Assembly (NCBI GenBank): GCA_902620285.1
Contig: CACNHT010000005.1
Span: forward strand, 2,663-66,662
Origin: an uncultured Alphaproteobacteria bacterium
Lineage (GTDB): Bacteria; Pseudomonadota; Alphaproteobacteria; HIMB59; GCA-002718135
Length of the DNA stretch: 64,000 nt
Reading direction: 5' to 3'
Positions 33,047 to 42,134 of the stretch are shown piece by piece; positions within the stretch are counted from its first letter, which is position 1, and each line of letters starts with the position of its first letter. A program made the translations under genes and the position numbers. The notes under the pieces were generated by a model. That model was not told the origin of the DNA, did no database searches, and was given only the letters and a program-made list of their open reading frames with translations.

Positions 33047-34387
33047 ATGCTAAGAAAAAACGATCTAATAGATTACTTTTATAAAGGAATTAAAGACAAG
33101 AATGATTTACGCATAGGAGTAGAACACGAGAAATTTGTTTTAAAAAAAGACAGTTTACAACAATTATCTTATGAAGAGTCAAATGGTATAAAAGATATTC
33201 TTTTAAAATTTGTAAATAAGGGATGGAAACCAAAGTATGATGATAAAAATACTACAATAATTGCTCTAGAAAGATTTGGTGAAAATATAACTTTAGAACC
33301 AGGCGGTCAGATTGAATTATCTGGAGCCCAATTAAAAAATATTCATCAAACCTGCACAGAAACAAATAGGCATTTAAAAGAATTAAAAGAAGTTGGTGAA
33401 GAATTTAATTTTATATTATTGGGCTTAGGCGTAGAACCTACTTTATCCTTAGATGAATTACCTTGGATGCCAAAACAAAGATACTCCATAATGAAAAAAT
33501 ATATGCCTAAAGTTGGTACTCTGGGACATCATATGATGAAACGTACTTGCACCAACCAAGTAAATTTGGATTATCATTCTGAAGAAGACATGATTGCTAA
33601 GTTTAGATTAATGTTAAATCTTGAAGGTATTGCAACTGCAATATTTGCTAACTCACCTTTTGATCAAAAAAAAGTTTCTGAATATAAGAGTTTAAGATCT
33701 CATTTTTGGCAACACACTGACAAAGATAGAACAGGTTTATTACCATTTGTTTTTGATAAAGATTTTAATTTTGAAAAATATGCAGAGCATGCTCTTGACG
33801 TGCCAATGTATTTTGTAATTAGAAATCATAAATATATAGATATGACTAATTATACTTTTAGAGATTTTATGAAAAATAACATTTCTAAAGATTTACACAT
33901 TGAACCTACTATTGAAGATTGGATAAACCATTTATCAACTTTATTTCCTCAAGTAAGATTAAAGCAATTCTTAGAAATACGTTCGATGGATGCATGTTCA
34001 TGGGATTTAATATGTTCTCAACCTGCTTTTTGGATTGGCATTTTATATAATGATGATGGTATTGATAAAACTAATGAAATCGTTGAGAGCTGGACTCAAA
34101 ATGATAGAAATTTAATAAATAGTTTAGTACCAAAAAAAGGTCTACAAACTAAATTCAAAAATGGCATTTTGTTAGATATTGCACAAAAATTATTTGAAAT
34201 TTCAAAATCAGGTTTAGAAAAAAGAAATATTCTAGTAAAAAATGAAAAATATAATGAAACATTTTATCTTAAAGATTTAGAACAAAATCTATCAAATGGC
34301 CATTCACCTGCTGATTTATTAATCAGCAAATATAATGGTGAATGGAAAAAAAATATTAATAAAATATATGAGGAAGAAATTTTCTAA
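33047..34387 (+). CDS. gshA: Glutamate-cysteine ligase (alphaproteobacterial/plant type)
   Basis: IGVEHEKF, TLEPGGQIELSG, WMPK.RY, TCTNQVNLD, FANSPF, FLEIRSMD; adjacent to gshB. Confidence 0.93.
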   Translation: MLRKNDLIDYFYKGIKDKNDLRIGVEHEKFVLKKDSLQQLSYEESNGIKDILLKFVNKGWKPKYDDKNTTIIALERFGENITLEPGGQIELSGAQLKNIHQTCTETNRHLKELKEVGEEFNFILLGLGVEPTLSLDELPWMPKQRYSIMKKYMPKVGTLGHHMMKRTCTNQVNLDYHSEEDMIAKFRLMLNLEGIATAIFANSPFDQKKVSEYKSLRSHFWQHTDKDRTGLLPFVFDKDFNFEKYAEHALDVPMYFVIRNHKYIDMTNYTFRDFMKNNISKDLHIEPTIEDWINHLSTLFPQVRLKQFLEIRSMDACSWDLICSQPAFWIGILYNDDGIDKTNEIVESWTQNDRNLINSLVPKKGLQTKFKNGILLDIAQKLFEISKSGLEKRNILVKNEKYNETFYLKDLEQNLSNGHSPADLLISKYNGEWKKNINKIYEEEIF

Positions 34388-35325
34388 TGAAAAAAAGTAT
34401 AGCAATTCAAATGGATAATATTGAAAAAATTGATTATGAATTCGATACATCTTTTTTAATAGGTTATGAGGCACAAGAAAGAGATTATGATATTTTTTAT
34501 TACAATCCAAAAGATTTATTCATAAAAGAGAATACTATTCAAGCATCTGGATATTATTTAGAGTTATTCCTAGATGAAAAAAATTATTTCAATTTTAAAT
34601 CTAATAAAATAATTGTCAAATTAGAAGATTTTCAATTTGTCTTTTTAAGACAAGACCCTCCTTTCGATATGAATTATATCACATCAACTTATATTTTAGA
34701 CTTACTTCCATCCTCAACTATTGTTGTAAATGATCCAACAGCAGTTAGAAATTCTACTGAAAAATTATTTACATTTAATTTTAAGGAATTTATGCCACCT
34801 ACTTTAGTAACAAAAGATTTAAAAATTATTGAAGAATTTTTAGATAAAGAAGAAGATATCATTACCAAACCACTTTATGGAAATGGAGGAGAGGGGATAC
34901 ATAGATTTGATAAAAGTAATTTCAATACTGAAATATTAGAAGAATATTTACACCTTCCAATAATGGTGCAAAAATTTATCAATGAGATAGAGCATGGTGA
35001 CAGGAGAATTATTTTTTTCGATGGTGAATATTTTGGTTCAGTTGCCAGAATACCACAAGAAGGTAATTTAAAGGCAAATTTTCATGCTGGCGGTAAGGCA
35101 AGTAAAACTGACCTAGTTTATAGGGACCAAGAAATTATCAAAAATTTGGGACCAAAACTAAAAGAACATAATCTGTTTTTTGTTGGAATTGATATAATTG
35201 GAAATTATCTAACAGAAATAAATGTAACTTCACCTACAGGATTGAAGCAAATTAATGCATTAAACAATGTAAAATTAGAGAAAGATTTTTGGGATAAGCT
35301 TGAAGCTAAATATAAAATAGTCTAA
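34387..35325 (+). CDS. gshB: Glutathione synthetase
   Basis: RQDPPFDMNYI, KPLYGNGG, GDRRI, ANFHAGG, TEINVTSPTG. Confidence 0.96.
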   Translation: MKKSIAIQMDNIEKIDYEFDTSFLIGYEAQERDYDIFYYNPKDLFIKENTIQASGYYLELFLDEKNYFNFKSNKIIVKLEDFQFVFLRQDPPFDMNYITSTYILDLLPSSTIVVNDPTAVRNSTEKLFTFNFKEFMPPTLVTKDLKIIEEFLDKEEDIITKPLYGNGGEGIHRFDKSNFNTEILEEYLHLPIMVQKFINEIEHGDRRIIFFDGEYFGSVARIPQEGNLKANFHAGGKASKTDLVYRDQEIIKNLGPKLKEHNLFFVGIDIIGNYLTEINVTSPTGLKQINALNNVKLEKDFWDKLEAKYKIV

Positions 35326-35334
35326 ACACAAATT

Positions 35335-35949
35335 ATGAATAACACATTACTGATTGATGCACTATTTGCTAATTTAAAAACTCAGAAATTAATTAGAAAT
35401 ATATTTATAATTATTATTGGTAGCTTACTATTAACAATATCTGCCAGAGTTAAAATTGATATACCTCCTGTTCCAATAACAATGCAGACATTAGTAGTCT
35501 TGGTTTTTGCTCTTACTGTTGGTTGGAAATTATCAGTAGCTACATTCTCATTTTACTTGTTTCAGGGTTTTGTTGGCATTCCTGTATTTGCTTCTTCACC
35601 ATTTGGAGGACCAGCTTATTTTATTGGGCCAAGTGCTGGTTACTTAATCGGTATGCTCCTTTCATGTTACTTTGTTGGTTTGATGGCTGAAAAAAATTAT
35701 GACAAGAATTATTTTCAAACACTTTTAATATTATTTTTAGGTAGTATTATTATTTTTGTACCCGGATTACTATGGCTTGGTTTTTGGTATAACATATTGT
35801 GGACCGAAGCAGCTTCAGTAGATGTTTTGCAAAGTTATTCAAAAGCTATTAACAATGGTTTGCTATTATATAAGTTTACAGAACCAGTAAAAATTGCTCT
35901 AGCTGCAACAATAACACCTTTAATTTGGCAGTTTATAAAAAATAAATAA
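35335..35949 (+). CDS. bioY: Biotin ECF S-component BioY
   Basis: PVPITMQTL, GIPVFA, GPSAGYLIG; hydrophobic. Confidence 0.92.
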   Translation: MNNTLLIDALFANLKTQKLIRNIFIIIIGSLLLTISARVKIDIPPVPITMQTLVVLVFALTVGWKLSVATFSFYLFQGFVGIPVFASSPFGGPAYFIGPSAGYLIGMLLSCYFVGLMAEKNYDKNYFQTLLILFLGSIIIFVPGLLWLGFWYNILWTEAASVDVLQSYSKAINNGLLLYKFTEPVKIALAATITPLIWQFIKNK

Positions 35950-35954
35950 CATTA

Positions 35955-36845
35955 ATGAAAATTGGTATTGATGTAGGTGGTACCAAAACTGAAGGTATTC
36001 TTTTAGATCCAAATGGAACTGAAATAGATAGAAAAAGAATCAATACTGAAAAAAATTATGATGGAACAATTAATGGAATACTCTCCATCATAAATCATTT
36101 TGAAGATAAGTATGGCAAAGCAGAAACTGTTGGTATGGGAATGCCAGGGGCCATATCAAATGATACAGCTTTAATTAAAAATGCTAATTCTATATGGTTA
36201 AATGGCAAACCATTTAAGCAAGATTTGGATAAAATTCTTAATAGAAATATAAATATAGAAAATGATGCTAATTGTTTCACACTTTCTGAAGCAGTAGATG
36301 GAGCAGGTAAAGGTCATCAAGTTGTTTTTGGGGTAATTATCGGAACAGGTGTTGGTGGGGGTATTAGCATTAATCAAAAAGTTATAAGAGGTCGTAATAG
36401 TATAAGTGGTGAATGGGGTCATATAGTACTTCCAGGTAGAACTGAAGAAGAAAAAAAATATGTAAAAAAATGTTATTGTGGGAAAAATGGCTGTTTAGAA
36501 ACTTACATATCTGGCCCAGGCTTTTCATCGGCTTATAACTTGCGTTTTAATAAAAATTATAATTCACATCAAATCTTAGAGGGTTTTATTAATAATGAAG
36601 AAAATAGTATTTTTGCACTAAATCAATACATTGATCATTTAGCCAGAGGTTTATCTGTTGTATGTAATATCCTTGATCCAGATGTAATAGTTTTGGGTGG
36701 TGGTATGTCCAATATAGATTTTATTTATGAAAATATAAATAATACTCTAAAAAAATATGTTTTTACTGACACGCTAGAAACTAAAGTTGTTAAAAATGTT
36801 TATGGGGATTCCAGTGGTGTAAGAGGAGCTGCTTGGCTTTCTTAA
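35955..36845 (+). CDS. ROK-family sugar kinase (Mak/fructokinase-like)
   Basis: GIDVGGTK, ENDANC, IIGTGVGGG, GEWGH, CYCGKNGCLE; no HTH domain. Confidence 0.9.
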   Translation: MKIGIDVGGTKTEGILLDPNGTEIDRKRINTEKNYDGTINGILSIINHFEDKYGKAETVGMGMPGAISNDTALIKNANSIWLNGKPFKQDLDKILNRNINIENDANCFTLSEAVDGAGKGHQVVFGVIIGTGVGGGISINQKVIRGRNSISGEWGHIVLPGRTEEEKKYVKKCYCGKNGCLETYISGPGFSSAYNLRFNKNYNSHQILEGFINNEENSIFALNQYIDHLARGLSVVCNILDPDVIVLGGGMSNIDFIYENINNTLKKYVFTDTLETKVVKNVYGDSSGVRGAAWLS

Positions 36846-38293
36846 ATACCGCCCATTGAAATATATTTTATAGTTAAATAGTCATCAAGACCATATCTAG
36901 AACCTTCTCTTCCCATTCCTGATTCTTTTACACCTCCAAAAGGAACTTCTGCAATTGTTGGTAGTCCATTATTAATAGAAACAATTCCATATTCAAGTGC
37001 TTCAGCAACTCTCCAAATTCTTCCTATGTCTCTTGAATAGAAATATGAAGCTAATCCATATGGTGTATCATTAGCCATTTTAATCACCTCATCATCACTA
37101 GAAAATTTATAAAGAGGCGCAACAGGTCCAAATGTTTCTTCAAAAGTTATTTTTGCCTCTGTAGATACATTTGAGAGAACAGTTGGTTGATAGAAATTTC
37201 CACCAAGCGAATGCACATCTCCACCAATTGCTATTTTAGCTCCTGTATTCACTGCGTCTTGTACATGATCAACTACTTTTTCTAAAGAGGACTGATCAAT
37301 TAAAGGACCAGATGTAATTCCATCTTCAAGTCCATTGCCCACTGTTATTTTACTGACTTCATTTGTAAATTTTTCTAGGAATTCATCATAAATATTTTCA
37401 TGGACAAAAATTCTATTTGAACAAATACATGTTTGACCACTATTTCTAAATTTACTTTGAAGAGCTCCTGCAACAGCTTCATCCATATCTGCATCATCAA
37501 AAACAATAAATGGTGCGTGACCACCAAGTTCCATAGAAACTTTTTTTACTGTTGATGCACTTTGCTCTAAAAGTATTTTTCCGACCTCCGTAGATCCAGT
37601 AAAAGAAATTTTTCTAACAATAGGGTTACTTGTTAATTCTTTACCAATTTCACTTGCCGATCCAGTTATTACATTAAATACACCATCTGGAAAACCAGCT
37701 TCTTTAGCAAGTACTGCTACAGCTAATGCTGAATATGGTGTTTGGCTTGCTGGTTTAACAACAGTAGTACAACCAACTGCTAGAGCGGCTGCACATTTTC
37801 TTGTTATCATTGAATTTGGAAAATTCCATGGAGTTATTGCTCCAACAACACCAACAGGTTGTTTAATTATTACAATTCTTTTTCCCGGTCTAGGATCAGG
37901 AACTATATCACCATAAACTCTTTTTGCTTCTTCAGCATAGAATTCAATATATGAAGCACCCATTAGTATTTCACCCTTTGCTTCAGCTAGAGGTTTACCT
38001 TGCTCAATAGTCATGATTTTAGCTAAATCATCTGCATTTTTTGTAATTAGCTCCCCCCATTTTTTAAGAATAACTGATCTTTCTTTCGCAGTAGTTTCTT
38101 TCCAAGTTTGGAAAGCAGTATTAGCATCATCTACAGCTTTTTTAGTTTCTGAAACTGAGCATTTTGGGACGTTACCAATAATTTCAAGAGTAGCTGGATT
38201 ATTTACCTCAAGAGTTTCACCTGAAGAACTGTCAACCCATTCCCCATTTATAAAACATTTTTGTTTAAAGAGTGATTTGTTATTTAATTCCAT
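36842..38293 (-). CDS. NAD(P)-dependent aldehyde dehydrogenase, GabD/succinate-semialdehyde dehydrogenase type (possibly DoeC-like)
   Basis: ITPWNFP, SFTGSTEVG, MELGGHAP, FRNSGQTCIC, EETFGP, PFGGVKESGMGREGS. Confidence 0.9.
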   Translation of the reverse strand: MELNNKSLFKQKCFINGEWVDSSSGETLEVNNPATLEIIGNVPKCSVSETKKAVDDANTAFQTWKETTAKERSVILKKWGELITKNADDLAKIMTIEQGKPLAEAKGEILMGASYIEFYAEEAKRVYGDIVPDPRPGKRIVIIKQPVGVVGAITPWNFPNSMITRKCAAALAVGCTTVVKPASQTPYSALAVAVLAKEAGFPDGVFNVITGSASEIGKELTSNPIVRKISFTGSTEVGKILLEQSASTVKKVSMELGGHAPFIVFDDADMDEAVAGALQSKFRNSGQTCICSNRIFVHENIYDEFLEKFTNEVSKITVGNGLEDGITSGPLIDQSSLEKVVDHVQDAVNTGAKIAIGGDVHSLGGNFYQPTVLSNVSTEAKITFEETFGPVAPLYKFSSDDEVIKMANDTPYGLASYFYSRDIGRIWRVAEALEYGIVSINNGLPTIAEVPFGGVKESGMGREGSRYGLDDYLTIKYISMGGI

Positions 38294-38336
38294 GTGTTTT
38301 AATTATAATGCATAGTTTTAAATTAAGGAAAATATA

Positions 38337-39440
38337 ATGACAATAGTTAATTCTTGGAATGAGTGGGATCCATTAAAACATGTTATAGTTGGAGCAGTTG
38401 AAAATGCCAATATACCTCCAATGGAACCGGCGCTTGAACCAAAAATTAGTAAGGATAGTGGTATGGCAGGATCACATGGACCACGTTCAAAGGAGTCAAT
38501 TGATAAAGCAAATATACAATTGGAAAACTTTGTTAAAATTTTAAATTCCCTAAATATAAAAGTTGATAGACCAACACCTATTGACTTTTCTCAGAGTATC
38601 GAGACACCCGATTGGTCTAATGATGGTATGTTTGGTTGTATGCCTCCTAGAGATGTTATTCTCACTGTAGGAAATGAAATGCTAGAGGCACCAATGTCTT
38701 ACAGATGTAGATGGTTTGAGTACCTTGCTTATAGACCGCTACTTGAAAAATATTATTCAGAAGATAAAAATATGAGATGGGAGTCGGCACCTAAACCAAG
38801 ATTAACAAATCAATCTTATAAGTCTAATTATCTTCCTGAAGGCATAACGGAAGAAGAACGATATAAAAAAATCGAAAATAGAGACATGATATTGACAGAA
38901 AAAGAACCACTTTTTGATGCAGCAGAAATTTTACGTTTTGGAAAAGATCTTTTTTACCATAACAATTTTACATCAAATTTAAGTGGTTTAGATTGGTTAA
39001 GAAGACATTATCCAAATCATCGTGTTCATCAAATTAATTTACCAGGTGATTTAATTCCAACTCACATTGATGCATGTTTTACTCCTATTAAACCAGGAGT
39101 TATAATTATTAATCCGAATAGAAAAATATCATCAGAGCAAAGAAAAATTTTCGATGATAATAAATGGGAAATTCATGAGGCAGCACCCTCCATTCATAAT
39201 AGTCCACCACCTATGTGTTATTCATCCATCTGGTTATCTATGAACGTTTTGATAATTGATCCTAAAACTATATGCGTCGAGGCAACGGAAGAAAAAATGA
39301 TTAATCAAATGGAAAGTTTTGGATTGGAAGTTATTCCAGTTCCTTTTAGAGACGTTTATGCATTTGGGGGTAGTCTACATTGTGCCACTACTGATGTTTA
39401 TAGAGAGGGTGAGTGTGAGGATTATTTTCCAAATCAATAA
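38337..39440 (+). CDS. Amidinotransferase-family protein (glycine amidinotransferase/StrB1-like)
   Basis: VNSWNEWDPLKHVIVG N-terminus, MPPRD, FDAA (Asp), HIDA (His), W.SMNVL, GGSLHCAT (catalytic Cys). Confidence 0.88.
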   Translation: MTIVNSWNEWDPLKHVIVGAVENANIPPMEPALEPKISKDSGMAGSHGPRSKESIDKANIQLENFVKILNSLNIKVDRPTPIDFSQSIETPDWSNDGMFGCMPPRDVILTVGNEMLEAPMSYRCRWFEYLAYRPLLEKYYSEDKNMRWESAPKPRLTNQSYKSNYLPEGITEEERYKKIENRDMILTEKEPLFDAAEILRFGKDLFYHNNFTSNLSGLDWLRRHYPNHRVHQINLPGDLIPTHIDACFTPIKPGVIIINPNRKISSEQRKIFDDNKWEIHEAAPSIHNSPPPMCYSSIWLSMNVLIIDPKTICVEATEEKMINQMESFGLEVIPVPFRDVYAFGGSLHCATTDVYREGECEDYFPNQ

Positions 39441-40195
39441 TGGATAGTTTTAATCAAAATAATGTTAAAGCCAATTTACATGATACAAACTTTTCTAGAA
39501 TTGGTATAATTACACTATCAACGGATTTTACCATAGAGCAGGATTTTAGAAAAATTTGCCATAATTTACCAGTTGATCTATTTTTTAATAGAATACCTTT
39601 TTTAAATCCTCTAACTCATGAAAATTATATGAGGATGGCTGATCATCTTAAAGAAACAACAAACCAAATACTACCCAATGAAAAAATACAAGTTGTAGCG
39701 TATGGATGTACTTCAGGTACTATTGAAATTGGTGAAAAAAAAATAAGATCTGAAATTTTCAAGGCTAAACCTGATGCTTTAATTACGACACCTATTACAG
39801 CAGCTATCAAAGCACTTAAATTGTTAAACCATAAAAAAATTGCTGTTCTTACTCCTTATCCAAAAGCTGTTAATGTTAAAGTTTACAAATATTTAATTGA
39901 CAGTGGATTTGAAATTACATCATTTAGTTCGTTTAATTTAAATTATGATTCGGAAATTGCCAAAGTTACTCATGATAGTTTAATGCAAACAATTTCTTCA
40001 ATTGATTTAACAGATGTTGATAGTATTTTTGTTTCTTGTACTGCATTAAAAGTAATTGATATTATCGAAACATTAGAGTCAAAATTAAGCACAGATATCA
40101 TTTCAAGTAATCAAGCTATTATTTGGGATTCATTAAGATTATCTAATATTAATCAAAAAATTGATGGTTTTGGTAACCTATTTAAATTACATTAA
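39440..40195 (+). CDS. eutA: Asp/Glu racemase / maleate isomerase family, ectoine utilization EutA-like
   Basis: RIGIITLSTD.TIE.DF, NP.T.EN, YGCTSG and SCTAL cysteine pair, LTPY, SSNQA; precedes eutB/eutC-like genes. Confidence 0.75.
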   Translation: MDSFNQNNVKANLHDTNFSRIGIITLSTDFTIEQDFRKICHNLPVDLFFNRIPFLNPLTHENYMRMADHLKETTNQILPNEKIQVVAYGCTSGTIEIGEKKIRSEIFKAKPDALITTPITAAIKALKLLNHKKIAVLTPYPKAVNVKVYKYLIDSGFEITSFSSFNLNYDSEIAKVTHDSLMQTISSIDLTDVDSIFVSCTALKVIDIIETLESKLSTDIISSNQAIIWDSLRLSNINQKIDGFGNLFKLH

Positions 40196-40207
40196 ATAGG
40201 GTTTAAA

Positions 40208-41170
40208 TTGATTACACTTCAACAAATACAAGATGCACATAAGAAAATTTTACCATATGTTAATTATACACCATTAATTAATTCTAATTTCTTATCAAAA
40301 AATACTACAGTAAAACTAAAGTTAGAAAATTTTCAAATCACTGGATCATTTAAGTTAAGAGGTGCGGTTAATAAGCTACTTTCTTTAAGTGAAGATGACA
40401 AGAATAAAGGAGTCATCGCAGTTTCTACAGGCAATCACGGCAAAGGCGTTGCTTACGCATCAAAGGTATTGGGTATTCAATCAACAATATATATGTCTTC
40501 AATGGTTCCAGAATATAGAAAAGAGGCTATTGAAAAATTAGGAGCAAAAGTAGAAATTATTGGAAAGAATAGTGATGAAGCTGATTTACATGCTAAACAA
40601 ATTGCGAAAGAAAAAAATATTCCATTAATTCACCCCTTTGATGATGAAGACATTATTATAGGCCAAGGTACAGTTGGGCTTGAAATGCTTACTGAATTTC
40701 CAGAAGTTGATACAGTAATTATACCAACATCTGGTGGTGGTCTTATATCTGGAATAGCACAAGCTATTAAACTTCAAAAACCTGATACAAAAATTATTGC
40801 CGTATCTATGGAAAGAGGTCCTTCAATGTATGAAAGTCTCAAAAAAGGCAGACCTGTTGATGTAGAAGAAATTGAAACTTTAGCTGATTGTCTAGGGGGT
40901 AGTATTGGCTTAGATAATAAATTTACATTTAATATTGTACAACAATACGTTGATGACTTTGTTTTAGTAAGTGAAGAAAAAATAGCTGAGGGAATTAGAA
41001 TAAATTTTTTAGAACATAAAATTGTATCTGAAGGTGCTGCAGCAACAAGTGTAATGGTTGTTAAAGAAAAACTAACATCTCACTTAGGAAAAAATATAAT
41101 CTGTTTAATTTGTGGTGGAAATATTGACTCGGAATTGTTTAACAAAGTTTTAAGTCATGCTCATCCTTAA
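40208..41170 (+). CDS. eutB: PLP-dependent threonine dehydratase family, hydroxyectoine utilization EutB-like
   Basis: KLENFQITGSFKLRGA, STGNHG, HPFDD, TLADCLGGSIGLDN (EutB-like segment). Confidence 0.78.
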   Translation: MITLQQIQDAHKKILPYVNYTPLINSNFLSKNTTVKLKLENFQITGSFKLRGAVNKLLSLSEDDKNKGVIAVSTGNHGKGVAYASKVLGIQSTIYMSSMVPEYRKEAIEKLGAKVEIIGKNSDEADLHAKQIAKEKNIPLIHPFDDEDIIIGQGTVGLEMLTEFPEVDTVIIPTSGGGLISGIAQAIKLQKPDTKIIAVSMERGPSMYESLKKGRPVDVEEIETLADCLGGSIGLDNKFTFNIVQQYVDDFVLVSEEKIAEGIRINFLEHKIVSEGAAATSVMVVKEKLTSHLGKNIICLICGGNIDSELFNKVLSHAHP

Positions 41171-42131
41171 TAAAAATGATATTATTCAACATATAGATTT
41201 GAATAAAAATCTCATACCAATAATAGAGGAGGCTTTTATAAGTTTATCAAAAGGATTGGTAATGATGCCACCTATAATGAGAATTGATATTGAAAAATAT
41301 CATGGTGAATCTGATGTTAAAGCTGCATACGTTGAGGGTCTTGATAGTTTTGCAATAAAAATCGCTTCAGGTTTTTTCGATAATCCAAAACTTGGTCTGC
41401 CATCTAGTAATGGACTGATGGTTTTATTAGATTCAAAGACTGGTGTTGTAAAATCTGTTCTATTGGATGAAGGTTATCTTACAGATACTAGAACAGCTAT
41501 AGCAGGAGCAATAGCTACAAAATATTTATCAAATCAGAATGCTAATTCTGTTGGTATTATTGGAGCTGGAATTCAAGCCAAATTACAACTTCAAGCAATA
41601 ATGTTAGTTAGAAAAATAAAAAAAATAATAGTCTGGACAAGAGATGAAACTAAAGCAAACCAATTTATCGAAGGTTTTAAAGATTTAGATTTAGATTTGC
41701 ATGTAGCGTCTTCTTGCAAGGAGTTGGCAAGCTTATCAGAAATAATCGTTACAACGACTCCTAGTAAAAAACCGCTTTTGGAATTTGATTGGATAATTAA
41801 AGGAACTCACATAACAGCAATGGGATCAGATGCAGAACAAAAAAACGAATTAGATCCTCAGATGTTAAAACATTGCGATCAATATGTACCTGACAATCAA
41901 TTACAAACAAGTGTTTTGGGTGAATTACATCATGCTTTAAAACAAAATATAATTTCTTCTAAAGAAAAGTTTAATGAACTTGGCGATATTATTAACGATC
42001 CAAGCTTAGGAAGAAAAAATAAAGAAGATATAACAATATGTGATTTGACAGGAACTGGCGTACAAGATACTGCAATAGCAAGATTTGCTTATAATCTTTG
42101 TAAAACAAATAATTTAGGCATCAATATTTAA
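41157..42131 (+). CDS. eutC: Ornithine cyclodeaminase/mu-crystallin family, EutC-like
   Basis: GESDVK.AY..GLDSFAIKI..GFFDNPKLGLPS.NGLM, GYLTD.RTA, AMGSDAEQKNEL, DLTGTGVQD. Confidence 0.82.
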   Translation: MLILNKNDIIQHIDLNKNLIPIIEEAFISLSKGLVMMPPIMRIDIEKYHGESDVKAAYVEGLDSFAIKIASGFFDNPKLGLPSSNGLMVLLDSKTGVVKSVLLDEGYLTDTRTAIAGAIATKYLSNQNANSVGIIGAGIQAKLQLQAIMLVRKIKKIIVWTRDETKANQFIEGFKDLDLDLHVASSCKELASLSEIIVTTTPSKKPLLEFDWIIKGTHITAMGSDAEQKNELDPQMLKHCDQYVPDNQLQTSVLGELHHALKQNIISSKEKFNELGDIINDPSLGRKNKEDITICDLTGTGVQDTAIARFAYNLCKTNNLGINI

Positions 42132-42134
42132 TTT

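Noticed and set aside
38013-38315. 100-aa plus-strand ORF, and similar short shadows in the 43-63 kb region
   Set aside because: Antisense to well-supported enzymes, with no independent evidence.
38337-39440. Toxin or antibiotic biosynthesis (CyrA/SxtG/StrB1-type cluster)
   Set aside because: No PKS, NRPS, sugar-modifying or tailoring genes are present; the neighbours are catabolic.
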